DNA of 35,915 nt from Octopus bimaculoides (taxonomy: Eukaryota): assembly GCF_001194135.2 (NCBI RefSeq), contig NC_068986.1, positions 87,994,630 through 88,030,544 on the forward strand, given 5' to 3'. This document shows positions 33,921 to 35,915 of the stretch, piece by piece. Each line of letters starts with the position of its first letter. Within the stretch, counting starts at the first letter, position 1. Made by a program: the position numbers and the translations under genes. Under the pieces are notes generated by a model. The model made no database searches. It had not been told where the DNA came from and was given only the letters and a program-made list of their open reading frames with translations.

Positions 33921-34347
33921 GAGTCAAGCAGTGATGTGTATAGATACAAACTTGTTACCATTTCATATATGCTTCGAACCCGTAAGAAAGCCATTCACTG
34001 TATTTTGTTATGGAGTGAATTTCTCGCAGTTAACGAATAGGTGTAGCTACACTGAGTACGTTCACAGCGCTCTCTAACCAGACTATGAGATGCATTCATT
34101 TCGGAGTGGTTACCACATCTTCTGCAGCAGATACCGGAAAGCAATCGTTGCGAACTGACACGAGAGACAGGTAACTCTTATATTCGCGTCGTAAATAAAA
34201 TACGAGGTGATAGGGTTAAGCAGTGATGCGCATATATACAAACTAACTACCAATTCTAATGAGCATGGGGTATATTCGGACACGTAAGAAAGCCATTCAA
34301 TGTATTTTGTCATGCACAAAATTTCTCACAGTAGACAAATAGGTGTA
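33921..34347. repeat. Diverged direct duplication (two similar segments of about 130 bp, about 300 bp apart)
   Basis: Shared collinear blocks AAGCAGTGATG, ATACAAACT, CGTAAGAAAGCCATTCA (33981-33997 and 34283-34299), TGTATTTTGT, ATTTCTC.CAGT and AATAGGTGTA. Confidence 0.75.
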
Positions 34348-34834
34348 AATGATTATATGTATATTCGATTTAATATAAAAATCTTACAACATGGCCCGAA
34401 ATTCCACTTAAATTCTTCTCTGCAAATGTCCTATAGTCATTCTCACCTCATCACAACCACATCCACCCCGTCAAAACATAGACCTCACTCCAGGATACTA
34501 AGCCAGCAAACACAACTACAACAGCAGCAAGCCCAAAATAGAAACACACGTACACAGACTCGCACGAACATATATATATATACAGGCATAGACATATTCT
34601 CATACACCACACACGACTTAAAACGCCACCCCCAAACACCACCACCCGATTTCTACCCGGATAACTACATACCAACTAATTAGTTTCATTGTAGACAGGC
34701 TGTTTTTTCATGTGTTTGTATTTGAACGATAGCTACAGACAGGTGTGTGAGTATGCGTATGTATGTGAGTCTGTCTGAATATATGTGTGTGTATGTCTGT
34801 GTATATATTTGTGTGCACGTGTATGTCTGTGTAT

Positions 34835-34879
<45 letters not shown>

Positions 34880-35076
34880 CGTTCGTGCATTTGTGTGTGT
34901 GTGTATGCTTATATATTTTCGCATTCAATTCATACTTCATATAAAACGATGTGTTTCTATATGTAAATGTGTCGGCTATTCTTTAAGTGATTATTGTGCG
35001 TAAAGTATCTTCATTTCAGTCTTTACATCCACCCACCTACACATGTAGTTATATGTCTGTGCGTACATGTGTGTAT

Positions 35077-35120
<44 letters not shown>

Positions 35121-35204
35121 GTGTGTGTGTGTCGGTGTATGTGTATGTATGTATGTATGTATATGTATAAATACATATATATATGTATATATGCATATAT
35201 ATAC

Positions 35205-35235
<31 letters not shown>

Positions 35236-35638
35236 TATACATATATAAATATATGTATATATACATATATATACATACATATATATATATACATATATAT
35301 ATGTATACATATATATGTATACATATATATATATTTATATATATNNNNNNNNNNNNNNNNNNNNNNNNNNNNNNNNNNTATATATATATATATATATATA
35401 TGTGTGTTATGTGCGTGTGTGTACGTATGCATGTGTGTGAGTGAGTGTGGGTGTGTTTTTAAGAGAGTGTGTGTGTGGCCAAACTATCACAGATTTGATA
35501 GTCCTGTAATTTCACTACCAAACCAGATTCTCTACTTATCTGAAATAACAAAACAATCCTATTTAGGTATGTTTGTAATTCAGCCTCATACACTGACACA
35601 CACTCACACTCTCTCTCTCCCTCTCTTTCTCTCTCTTT

Positions 35639-35640
35639 CC

Positions 35641-35701
<61 letters not shown>

Positions 35702-35714
35702 GATCGATCTATCT
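35639..35714. repeat. (ATCT)n tetranucleotide microsatellite
   Basis: Directly visible. Confidence 0.95.
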
Positions 35715-35915
35715 AAACCTTCTTCTAGTTCTCTCCCCTTCTACATCTCACCATCTACTCATCTCCTCATAAAAAAGCATCTTTCATTTTCCCCTTTCGG
35801 CAAATTTCTGTCTTTCTTTATGTTACCATAATTCTGCCGCTCTGCCTTTCTCTATATTCGCACTTATATATTCACGCCTATATAATCTGGCTAACTTACA
35901 TATTTTTGGTTCATA

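Overview
AT-rich, microsatellite-dense animal genomic DNA from a gapped short-read assembly (about 12 N-gaps, most flanked by simple repeats). The repeat content (tRNA-derived CORE-type SINEs, R4/Dong, RTE and CR1/L2-group LINE fragments) points to a coleoid cephalopod, probably Octopus; this is an inference from repeat families recalled from memory, not a database hit. I find no intact protein-coding gene. Almost all ORFs in the track are artefacts of microsatellites or N-gaps, or are pieces of dead transposons. Supported features: a decayed DD41D Tc1/mariner (13924-15387) with TIRs and TA duplication, interrupted by a 5'-truncated SINE with a 15-bp TSD; a 2.2-kb 5'-truncated R4/Dong LINE (RT, zinc knuckle, RLE) plus four shorter R4/Dong fragments, most abutting (AAT)n; RTE and CR1/L2 3' fragments; about a dozen SINE copies with exchangeable tails, including a dimer and two inverted pairs; and a 148-bp fold-back element. 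The most interesting signal is two minimal type I hammerhead-ribozyme folds of the Penelope type. One (10310-10355) sits downstream of a tRNA-like Pol III head and an (AAT)n linker, which suggests a tRNA-headed, hammerhead-bearing non-autonomous retroelement. Both hammerheads carry one substitution in the catalytic core, so these copies may be inactive. A few weak + strand exon candidates exist but cannot be assigned to a known gene.
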